A stretch of DNA of 64,000 bases from Ardenticatenaceae bacterium. GTDB lineage: Bacteria > Chloroflexota > Anaerolineae > Promineifilales > Promineifilaceae. Positions 36,351 to 44,564 of the stretch are shown here, piece by piece. Under the pieces are notes generated by a model that saw only the letters and a program-made list of their open reading frames with translations, was not told the origin of the DNA and ran no database searches. The stretch spans positions 2,347-66,346 of the forward strand of contig JASJCR010000052.1 of the NCBI GenBank assembly GCA_030065875.1. The letters run 5' to 3'. Both the position numbers and the translations under genes were made by a program. Position 1 is the stretch's first letter. Each line of letters begins with the position of its first letter.

Positions 36351-39300
36351 ATGAACAAAAAAGACCCTTCTTCGATAAAACTATTGCTGCCGCTGGCCCT
36401 GGCCGCGCTTCTAACCCTGCTGGTTTTTTTGGCCGACCGGCCGTTTTTCCAGTCAACCAACGCTTTTGAAGAGCTTGTGGTTATACATTCCCTTGCTTCA
36501 CCTCAAGTCACCTACCCCACCACGCCGCCGGACGCCAGCAAAATTACCGTGGGTGACCCTGATGCTGATGGATACGCAACCGTGACGGGGGGAAACGGGG
36601 CTGTACCGGCCGCTGCTGAGGTGGTGGTGATTAACCTCAATGCCCACACAGTGATGACCGATACCGCCGACGCCAACGGGGCGTTTACGGCCGAACTGTA
36701 TGCGCCCCCCGGTTCCTCGCTGCTCATCAAATATGAAATCGGGCCGGACAATGCAATTGAAAGATTCTGGAATGACGCCGTCATAAAAATTTCCGACGCC
36801 TCCACCGAAAATCTCAATCCGCTACCTGGAACGATGATTTACGTGGCGGCCCCACCCCCGGGAGACGGCACGTCACAGCCGTTTCACGCCGTCGGCAACT
36901 GGTGGAGCGAATCACCCAAAGGGTGGGCCGGTTGGCACGTGAGCGGCACGGTGCAGGCACCACCTGGCGTGCCGCCCGGATTGGCCGCCGAGCCGGGAGA
37001 GCCGGTGACGATAACCGCCAAGGTGTTCCTGACTTCCCCGGCCATCAACTGCACGGGCTCGCCGACTTACACGGCCGCGGCCAACATCGGCCTGCGCTAT
37101 ATGTTTGATGATGAAGGTCGGGCAGAACCGTGGGATATCTGGTTTAACGCCCATCTATTTACCCCCACCGGTTTGCCGATTGAGCACGAAGCGCATGGTG
37201 AAAAGCGACACGTGGTGGGAACACCGGTTACGTCATTTGTCTGTCAGAGCTCACAAACGGTTGCCAGCGATTTGGTGGTCACCTTTAACATACCGGGAGA
37301 TTTCCCGGAGGGGATTTACCGGCCGGAAATTGAGCTGTTTAGCGATGTGCCGCTTGGATCAACCGTTCCGCAGGCTGTAGTCTGGTATCGCACCGGGGAA
37401 GTTGGCCTGCTGCCGCTTTTGCGCGTTGGCGATCCGGCACCGCCGCGCATTCCGTGGACCCTGATGGGGGACGAGCTGCTCAACGGCCATCGCGGGCTGC
37501 AGGCGCGTGAAGACGCCGGATCGTTCCTGATGACGACGCGAGTGGTTTTCCCGCCGCATCAGGTTGTGGTGCCGCGGCTGGATGCTCGCAGCGGTTTGCC
37601 CATCCCCTACCGGCTGGAACCGGGTTCAAACTGGCTGTCCGGAACGGAGCGTCGCCAGCCGCCGCCAACCCATATCCCGCTGGCGCTCCCCTCGGGGGAG
37701 CTAATCGTCGAAATTCTCAAGCCGGACGGCAAGGTCGATCAGCTTGGCCCGGCCGTTATCCTGCAGCCATCGATACGCACGCCGACCACGCCGGGTGGGG
37801 CTCCGATTGGCGAGGCGTCCGGCCATATTGGAGACCTTTTTCACCTGACGACGATGAATCCGTTGTTTGATTACTCTTTTGAGATGGACGGCCCCCACAC
37901 GATTTTTGTCTTTGGGGAAGTGGAAGACATTTACGGCAACGTGTATGGGTTAAACAATGCCTATGACGTGATGGTGGCTCGCGTGCTCGATCTCGACCCG
38001 GCCCAGCTTCCGACCACCCCATATATGATGGGGGATGCGTTTGCGCCCGGCCTGCGTCTGTTCCCACCCGTTCCGGCCGATGTGACGGTGAATCTGGTGC
38101 ACATGCCGTTTTCCGATCCGACGCTGGCCATCACCCAAACCGTCACCGGTCAGGCCAACCGCTTTGGGTATTTCCAGCCGCCGCCCGGAACCGAGATTCG
38201 ATTTGCTTCGCCGGGTGAATTTCGGGTCGATATTAGCGCCGAGTTTGAGACTCCGGAAGGGGAGCTGTGGGCCGGCTATATGACCTGGGGAAGTGTTGTC
38301 GAAGGCCCTGGGGCGCTAATTGAGGCCCACGGCCGCCGCGGGATGAGCTATAAAAGCAACACGATTGACGACATGCCCGCCTGGTTTATCCATCAGCAGC
38401 TGCCGCCGGACAAGGTCGACGTCGATACCTACTATCCGTACTTTAGCGGCGACATTCATTGGGGAAATGAGACGCCCGACAGCAACGACCCCGGTGATTC
38501 AATTCATACGGTCATTACGCTCAAAGACCTGACCGGGGTCAGCGAAACGATTTACAACGTGATGCGCACCCATTTCCCGCGGGCGCGTAACGTGTTCCGC
38601 TGGCCGCCCATCGACACCAGCGCGGTTGGTCTGGAGAAACGGCTCGATATCGGTGAAGCGCCGCTGTTTATCACCACCCAGAGCGGGATCGATCCGGCCG
38701 TCGAGCCAGCCGATATTGATTTGTGGGGGTATTACTATGGCTCATCGCAGCGGCCGGACGTGCGGGTGCGCGAGATTATTGCCGAAGACGGGATGGGCAC
38801 CGCCTACTGGCGCTTTAACGACACGTACGGTTATCAAATTGGGGAGCCGGCCGATGGGGATCAGCCCGGCGACCTCAAGTGGGAGTTCGGCGGCGCGGTG
38901 TTCCGGGTGCCGGACCAGGCCATCAACGAATACGCCATCTACAGCTCGCTGTGGGTGCTGCTGCCGCATAACGACCCGGTTGGTGCGCGCATCACCCCGC
39001 CGTTTCAGGATGCCACCGGAGCCAGCATCAACGGCGGCCCGATCATGGAGCTGTTGGGGGAAGAGATCGACATGCTCTTCCTGCCCAAGGGGGTCAGACC
39101 TGGTGACGTGCTGGAGGTTGGCGATACGATTTCGTTTTCCGGCCACGTTGGTCCACCGCTGGACAGCCTGGTCGACGTGACGATTACCTCGCCTACCGGC
39201 GTGCAGTTCGGCCGCATCTGGCGGGCCAACAAAATCGGCTGGGTTTACGATCCGACATTTGATTTCCCGGCCAATGAGGCGGGGCGATGGACGGTGGATG

Positions 39301-39818
39301 TGTTTGTCGAGCACGACCGGCCGTACGTGGGCAACGGGGTTATTCCTCAGAGCCACAATACCGGCACCGTGCTGGGCACCGGCGGCCGCTATGAATTTTA
39401 CGTCGTGGCGCCGGATACCCCGCAGATGATGATTACCACTCCTCTCCCGGGTTATCTCCCCTGGCCGGAGGATGTGATTGAGCCGATCGAGATTCATGGA
39501 TTTGCCCCGCCGGGTACAACCGCTGTGCACTACACCATTCACGACAAGGGGGTGGTGATGGGTCAGGGAACTCTGGTGCCCGATGCGGGCGGCCGTTTCA
39601 CGATGATCTATGACGCCACCCTACTGCACGATGATTTCCCCATGCTCAGTCTAACCGATCGTGAGGGGCGCTGGGCGGGATTGGCCGACGAAGTAGCTAT
39701 TCACTTTTTAGCTGTGGGCAGCGGCCCATCGCGAGCTACTACCGTCACGTTGATCGGAGAAGAGGTGTTTGTGGGGCAGAGTGCCCGCACTTTGTTTTTA
39801 CCGGTTGTTGTGCGGTGA
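36351..39818 (+). CDS. Large secreted protein of unknown function
   Basis: 1155-aa uninterrupted ORF with a signal/anchor (IKLLLPLALAALLTLLVFLA). It has no CxxCH motif and no motif I recognise. It starts 13 nt after the previous stop and ends in LFLPVVVR. Confidence 0.8.
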   Translation: MNKKDPSSIKLLLPLALAALLTLLVFLADRPFFQSTNAFEELVVIHSLASPQVTYPTTPPDASKITVGDPDADGYATVTGGNGAVPAAAEVVVINLNAHTVMTDTADANGAFTAELYAPPGSSLLIKYEIGPDNAIERFWNDAVIKISDASTENLNPLPGTMIYVAAPPPGDGTSQPFHAVGNWWSESPKGWAGWHVSGTVQAPPGVPPGLAAEPGEPVTITAKVFLTSPAINCTGSPTYTAAANIGLRYMFDDEGRAEPWDIWFNAHLFTPTGLPIEHEAHGEKRHVVGTPVTSFVCQSSQTVASDLVVTFNIPGDFPEGIYRPEIELFSDVPLGSTVPQAVVWYRTGEVGLLPLLRVGDPAPPRIPWTLMGDELLNGHRGLQAREDAGSFLMTTRVVFPPHQVVVPRLDARSGLPIPYRLEPGSNWLSGTERRQPPPTHIPLALPSGELIVEILKPDGKVDQLGPAVILQPSIRTPTTPGGAPIGEASGHIGDLFHLTTMNPLFDYSFEMDGPHTIFVFGEVEDIYGNVYGLNNAYDVMVARVLDLDPAQLPTTPYMMGDAFAPGLRLFPPVPADVTVNLVHMPFSDPTLAITQTVTGQANRFGYFQPPPGTEIRFASPGEFRVDISAEFETPEGELWAGYMTWGSVVEGPGALIEAHGRRGMSYKSNTIDDMPAWFIHQQLPPDKVDVDTYYPYFSGDIHWGNETPDSNDPGDSIHTVITLKDLTGVSETIYNVMRTHFPRARNVFRWPPIDTSAVGLEKRLDIGEAPLFITTQSGIDPAVEPADIDLWGYYYGSSQRPDVRVREIIAEDGMGTAYWRFNDTYGYQIGEPADGDQPGDLKWEFGGAVFRVPDQAINEYAIYSSLWVLLPHNDPVGARITPPFQDATGASINGGPIMELLGEEIDMLFLPKGVRPGDVLEVGDTISFSGHVGPPLDSLVDVTITSPTGVQFGRIWRANKIGWVYDPTFDFPANEAGRWTVDVFVEHDRPYVGNGVIPQSHNTGTVLGTGGRYEFYVVAPDTPQMMITTPLPGYLPWPEDVIEPIEIHGFAPPGTTAVHYTIHDKGVVMGQGTLVPDAGGRFTMIYDATLLHDDFPMLSLTDREGRWAGLADEVAIHFLAVGSGPSRATTVTLIGEEVFVGQSARTLFLPVVVR

Positions 39819-39930
39819 TATTGGGCGGATGGGTAAGAGGTTTATTCAGTTTGGTCTACCAAGCACCCCTGCCCGATTCGGGTTCAGAAGCGGATAGGTA
39901 AAATTTCCGATTCCAAACAGCTCAATAAGC

Positions 39931-40018
39931 TCCCTTCCCCGCATCGGGGAGGGGCTGGGGGAGGGGTGAGCTGACGGAAAGACCCACCCCCTAACCCCCT
40001 CCCGATTCGGGAGGGGGA
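39931..40018. repeat. G/C-run hairpin element inside the cluster spacer
   Basis: Two hairpins, tCCCTTCCCCgcatcGGGGAGGGG and CCCCCTCCCgattcGGGAGGGGG, lie between the 1155-aa gene and the multihaem gene. Confidence 0.65.
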
Positions 40019-40092
40019 ATTTGATGGACTGAAGAAGAGCAACATCGGCAATTTGAATTACCTGACTGCTCCAGAACCATTTTGGAGAAAAA

Positions 40093-41706
40093 ATGTTTAG
40101 CAAAAATAACCACCGCTTGCTGTTAATCGTGTGTGTGTTGATGGCCGCGACAGCCGGTGTGGCGCTGCTGCTTGCCGGCCGGGATCTCATTGCGGCCGGG
40201 GCCGGCACGGTGTCCGGCATTGTGGTTGACGAGAGAGGCGATTCGGCCGCCGGGGCCACCGTGCGCGTGCGGGCCACCGAACATGCGGCGCATACTGATG
40301 CCAACGGCCGTTTTACCTTAGGTGGCCTGACCGAAGGGACAGAAATTGAGGTCACCGCCTGGCGCAGCGGCACCTATATCGCCTCTCTTCACGTCACGCC
40401 GACCGTGAGCGGGGTGACGCTAACCTTGCGACCGCATCACACCGTGGATCACCCCGAGTACGTGTGGACCTCACCGATCAGCAGCACGTCGGCCAAGGCG
40501 TGCGGAAACTGCCATCCCATGATTGTGTCCCAGTGGGAAAACAATGCCCACGGCACGGCCGTCAGCAATCGGCGCTTTTTTAGCCTTTACAACGGCACCA
40601 ACCTCAGCGGCACGGCCAAAATTGCGCCGGGGTATGTGGATGATTTCCCGCTCACGGCCGGGAACTGCGCCAGCTGCCACGCGCCGGGCTGGGGGATCGA
40701 TGGGTATCTGACGACCGATATGAATACAGCGCGCGACGTCATCACCGCCGGCATTCACTGCGACTACTGTCATAAGGTGGGAGATGTCTATCTAAATCCG
40801 GCCGATGGTGCGGTTTATCCCAACGTGCCGGGCGTGGCCGGTCAGAAAATGCTCCGTCCGCCAGCCGGGGACGATATTTTTTTAGGGCCGTATGACGATA
40901 TTCCCGACCCCGATACCTTTGCCCCCGTTTACCAGCAGAGTGGGTACTGCGCTACCTGCCATCAATTTAGCTTCTGGGGCACGCCAATTTACGAATCTTA
41001 CGGGGAATGGCTGGCCAGTCCCTATGTGGCGGCCGGGGTAACCTGCCAGGATTGTCACATGCCGCCCAGCGGTGACATTTACTTTGCTCTACCGGAGCAG
41101 GGAGGGCTGCCGCACCCGCCGGAAGTGATCCCTTCACATCTGCAGCTGGGTGCGGCGGATGCGGATTTTTTGCGGGAGGCGATCACCATGACCCTGTCGG
41201 CCCGGCAGGTTGGCCGGGTAATTGAGGCCACCGTCAGCGTGACGAATACCGGTGGCGGCCATCATTATCCAACCGATCATCCCGGTCGGCATCTGATTTT
41301 AACGGTGACGGCTGCCGATGGTGGGGGGGCACCTCTGGCGCAGCAGGCCGGGTCGACCGTGCCCGACTGGGGTGGAGCTCAGGCCGGGCGGCCGGGTACG
41401 GTTTACGCCAAAATTTTGGCCGACGCGGTGACCGGTGAAGCGCCGGTCGTCAGCTATTGGAAACAAACCTATATTGCCAGCGATAACCGTCTGCCTGCTT
41501 TAACCGGAGATACATCCGTTTATACCTTTGCGATGCCGGACAGCGGCACGGCTGCCCTGACGGCCGAGCTGCGTTTCCGGCGAGCGTTTCAGCCGCTATT
41601 GGATAGTAGAGGATGGCCGGATTCAGACATTGTTCTGGCTCAGGCGGATACGGCCGTTGATGTGCAGCCGGTATGGCTAATTTATTTACCTCGTATAGGC
41701 AGGTGA
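40093..41706 (+). CDS. Secreted penta-haem c-type cytochrome with N-terminal carboxypeptidase-regulatory-like domain
   Basis: 537-aa ORF with a signal peptide. GTVSGIVVDERGDSAAGATVRV...TDANGRFTLGGL is CarboxypepD_reg-like. Five CxxCH motifs are present (CGNCH, CASCH, CDYCH, CATCH, CQDCH). It ends in IYLPRIGR. Confidence 0.85.
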   Translation: MFSKNNHRLLLIVCVLMAATAGVALLLAGRDLIAAGAGTVSGIVVDERGDSAAGATVRVRATEHAAHTDANGRFTLGGLTEGTEIEVTAWRSGTYIASLHVTPTVSGVTLTLRPHHTVDHPEYVWTSPISSTSAKACGNCHPMIVSQWENNAHGTAVSNRRFFSLYNGTNLSGTAKIAPGYVDDFPLTAGNCASCHAPGWGIDGYLTTDMNTARDVITAGIHCDYCHKVGDVYLNPADGAVYPNVPGVAGQKMLRPPAGDDIFLGPYDDIPDPDTFAPVYQQSGYCATCHQFSFWGTPIYESYGEWLASPYVAAGVTCQDCHMPPSGDIYFALPEQGGLPHPPEVIPSHLQLGAADADFLREAITMTLSARQVGRVIEATVSVTNTGGGHHYPTDHPGRHLILTVTAADGGGAPLAQQAGSTVPDWGGAQAGRPGTVYAKILADAVTGEAPVVSYWKQTYIASDNRLPALTGDTSVYTFAMPDSGTAALTAELRFRRAFQPLLDSRGWPDSDIVLAQADTAVDVQPVWLIYLPRIGR

Positions 41707-41926
41707 TTTTTAATCGAGTTGATACCTTTCCCTCCGGGTAACGAATAACAGACGACAGAATAATCCACAACAAACAGGATTTCACCAATTAAAAGGATTT
41801 TTGCCATGGTAGTCCTACAAAATTCGTGTATTTTGTGGAATCCTGTTTTAGAATTTAGCTTGTTCCCCTGTTGCTGATAATATTAGGTTCATTTAAACCT
41901 TATCTGGCTGGAAAAGGAGTAAGTTT

Positions 41927-42283
41927 ATGGCCATCGCTGCCAATATCGTGGTGGGTTTGATCGGGCTGCTGCACGTGTACATCATGGTGCTGGAAATGTT
42001 TTTGTGGGAGAAACCGATAGGGCTGCGCGCCTTTAATCAGACCAAAGAAAGTGCAGCCGCATCCAAGGTTCTAGCGGCCAATCAGGGACTTTACAACGGT
42101 TTTCTGGCGGCCGGTTTGTTCTGGAGTTTGTTCCTGGATGCGGCCGGCACCGGTGTTAAACTGTTTTTTCTCGGTTGTGTTCTGATCGCTGGTCTATATG
42201 GAGGCGCTACCGCCAGCCGCCGCATTCTTTATATTCAGGCGCTCCCGGCCGCGATTGGAATTATCTTGGTATTGCTATCTTAG
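41927..42283 (+). CDS. DUF1304-family membrane protein
   Basis: 118-aa four-TM ORF with LLHVYIMVLEMFLWEKP and NQGLYNGFLAAGL motifs. Confidence 0.75.
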   Translation: MAIAANIVVGLIGLLHVYIMVLEMFLWEKPIGLRAFNQTKESAAASKVLAANQGLYNGFLAAGLFWSLFLDAAGTGVKLFFLGCVLIAGLYGGATASRRILYIQALPAAIGIILVLLS

Positions 42284-42389
42284 CGCTAAACGGACCACTT
42301 AGTTCAGTGGAGAGTTTGATTTGTTTCCTTAAAATCCAGCTGGTAAACTTCGATATTCATTTCAAGAAGGCCTTCACTATGAGTAAGCG

Positions 42390-43268
42390 GTGTTGGGAGC
42401 AACTGAGGTAGCTGTGTCGAAGAAATACAAAAATAAAGTGAATCAAAAACCAGGCTGGGGCACCATGATCTTTGCCTTGGCACTTATTGCTCTGGGTTTA
42501 TTTTCAAGCAAAGTATTGTTTGAAGGGCGTTATTTTCAGGGGGGAACGGGCTTATTTCGCCTTGCAGAAGGAGCGGCACCTGAAACTGGATCTTTTCGGT
42601 CTGGTTCAGATGGTGGAATAGTAATTGAATTTGGGAATTTAGATTTTTATTCTGTGTGGATCAAGGATGGAGAGGTTATTGGTGGCCATGCTCAGGGAAG
42701 TGCCTATTGGGAAATTTTGGGAGGCGTCTTTGATGGTCAAAATCTTCAGTTGATTATGGTTACAGACGATCAAGACAATTGCAACGAATGGTGGTCCCAT
42801 AATTTTTTTGTAGAGTCGTCACAGGTTACTCTCCGAACTAGCGTCAATAAATGCGGGGAAGCAATAGTTGAGCAAGATGTCGTCTACCCACGAACCGGGC
42901 TGGTAAGGCCCATACAGATGAAGTATATACCTAGCGTATTTGCTCCTAACTCTGTCGCGCCTACAATGATTCCTGCTGAAGAAACGCTCATCTTTGGAGA
43001 TTCAGAATCCTATTATGTTAGGATTGTGGATGAAGAGGTCGTGAGTGGGTACGCACAGGGAAGTGCAGATTGGGAAATATTGAGTGGTGTCTATGATGGG
43101 ATAAATTTGCAAATTATTATGACTACGCCGGATCGCAGTAATTGTTACGAGTGGTGGTCACATAATTTTATTGTTGAAGATTCACAGGTTACTTTGAGAA
43201 CAAGCGTCAATAAATGTGGAGAAGCGATCGTTGATCGTAATGTCGTCTATCCACGCACAGATAATTAG
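42390..43268 (+). CDS. Membrane-anchored protein with two tandem ~84-aa repeats, unknown family
   Basis: 292-aa ORF in an AT-richer patch. Residues 87-170 and 208-291 are clearly homologous (HAQGSAYWEILGGVFDGQNLQLIM...CNEWWSHNFFVESSQVTLRTSVNKCGEAIV versus YAQGSADWEILSGVYDGINLQIIM...CYEWWSHNFIVEDSQVTLRTSVNKCGEAIV). The true start may be the GTG at about 42414. Confidence 0.65.
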   Translation: MLGATEVAVSKKYKNKVNQKPGWGTMIFALALIALGLFSSKVLFEGRYFQGGTGLFRLAEGAAPETGSFRSGSDGGIVIEFGNLDFYSVWIKDGEVIGGHAQGSAYWEILGGVFDGQNLQLIMVTDDQDNCNEWWSHNFFVESSQVTLRTSVNKCGEAIVEQDVVYPRTGLVRPIQMKYIPSVFAPNSVAPTMIPAEETLIFGDSESYYVRIVDEEVVSGYAQGSADWEILSGVYDGINLQIIMTTPDRSNCYEWWSHNFIVEDSQVTLRTSVNKCGEAIVDRNVVYPRTDN

Positions 43269-43413
43269 CGAAGAACGCGATTGGGTTATCGCGCCTACGG
43301 TATCTCTCACCCCTTTTTCCTATTGAAACCTCGCCCCCTGCAGTTTACACTGGCAATTGATCAGCAACCACCATAAGCTGATGAACCACCACCAAGGGGT
43401 GAGCCCGGGTTAA

Positions 43414-43489
43414 GTGCCAGCTGCCGATCGCAAGTCTCCGGCCCTTGTTAGCGAGGGGGGACAAGCGCCGACACTGGCATTTTTGTTTT
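43414..43489 (+). terminator. Long imperfect hairpin followed by a T-run (orphan terminator or structured RNA 3' end)
   Basis: gtgccagctgccg pairs approximately with cgccgacactggcat, and the inner hairpin is CTTGT-N12-ACAAG. tttttgtttt follows. No ORF ends nearby on the plus strand. Confidence 0.35.
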
Positions 43490-43775
43490 CGGATACCGCT
43501 TGCCACACATAATTTCCAGAGATTTTTGCCTTTTTTCTGATTTCAAAACCCTTTTCGATAAAATCCAGCTTATTTTGTTTCAGACCTTAAAATGTTTGGC
43601 AAAAATCTATGTACTTCTAGCACAAAACGTTTAGATTGAGACAAATTTCACAATCAAAAGTAATTTATCAGGCTACAGTATGGTGTGGCCTCAAAGAGCC
43701 CATTATTTGTTAATCAAGTAGGTAGTTAAGCTTCTTTCTATATTTTGGCGCAGTTTTTATGATAGAAATCTGCTC

Positions 43776-44564
43776 ATGAACCCCTTTATGTCCAAACAAT
43801 CGGCCGTTGTGCAAATCAAGCAAGTGGTAAAACGATTTCCGGTTGGCGACCGTGAAATTACAATTTTGCGTGGCATCTCGTTTGATGTACAACGAGGAGA
43901 GTTTGTGTGTATCGTTGGCCCCTCAGGAAACGGCAAGTCAACTCTGCTTAACATGATTACCGGCATCGATCATCCCACTGAGGGGGAAGTCATTGTCACC
44001 GGCCGGCCGGTGCACCAGATGGGCGAAAACGACCTGGCCCGCTGGCGCGGGGCCCACGTGGGCATTATTTTTCAGTTTTTTCAAATGCTGCCGGCTCTAA
44101 ATTTGCTGCAAAACGTTATTTTGCCCATGGATTTTGTCAAGCAGCTGTCCCCTAAAGAACGACGGGAGCGGGCGCTGCATTTGCTGGATATGGTTGGGTT
44201 AGCCGACCAGGCGCTCAAGCTGCCCAGCATGGTTTCCGGCGGACAGCAGCAGCGGGCCGCGATCGCGCGGGCGTTGGCCAACGATCCGCCTCTGATTGTG
44301 GCCGATGAGCCAACGGGCAACCTCGATTCCAAAACGGAAGAGATCGTATTCTCTTTGTTTGAGCGCCTCGTGGCCGATGGCAAAACGATGATCATGGTCA
44401 CTCACAGCCGCTCGCTAGCGGCCCGGATTCCACGTCAAATTGAGATTCGCGATGGGGTAATCGGTCGGGATACAAGCAATGATGTGACCGGGGTAACTGA
44501 TACCTCGAACGGCATTTCTCAACCTCTGATCCCCATTCCCCATTCCAAATCCCTCAACTCATGA
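43776..44564 (+). CDS. ABC transporter ATP-binding protein (MacB/LolD type)
   Basis: Walker A GPSGNGKST, signature VSGGQQQR and Walker B LIVADEPTGNLD. Its stop overlaps the permease start (ATGA). Confidence 0.92.
   Translation: MNPFMSKQSAVVQIKQVVKRFPVGDREITILRGISFDVQRGEFVCIVGPSGNGKSTLLNMITGIDHPTEGEVIVTGRPVHQMGENDLARWRGAHVGIIFQFFQMLPALNLLQNVILPMDFVKQLSPKERRERALHLLDMVGLADQALKLPSMVSGGQQQRAAIARALANDPPLIVADEPTGNLDSKTEEIVFSLFERLVADGKTMIMVTHSRSLAARIPRQIEIRDGVIGRDTSNDVTGVTDTSNGISQPLIPIPHSKSLNS

Noticed and set aside
38742-39542. Long antisense or off-frame ORFs inside GC-rich genes: this one, plus 22730-23281, 13858-14592, 34485-35033, 45020-45604, 28715-29413 and 51237-51824.
   Set aside because: These are shadow ORFs typical of high-GC coding regions. 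They have Arg/Pro/Gly-rich low-complexity translations and each lies fully inside a gene with clear family motifs.
43340-43490. Attempted assignment to known RNA classes: cobalamin, TPP, SAM, fluoride and guanidine riboswitches, tmRNA, SRP RNA and RNase P.
   Set aside because: None of the conserved core sequences I remember for these classes is present. It is kept only as an unclassified structured segment.
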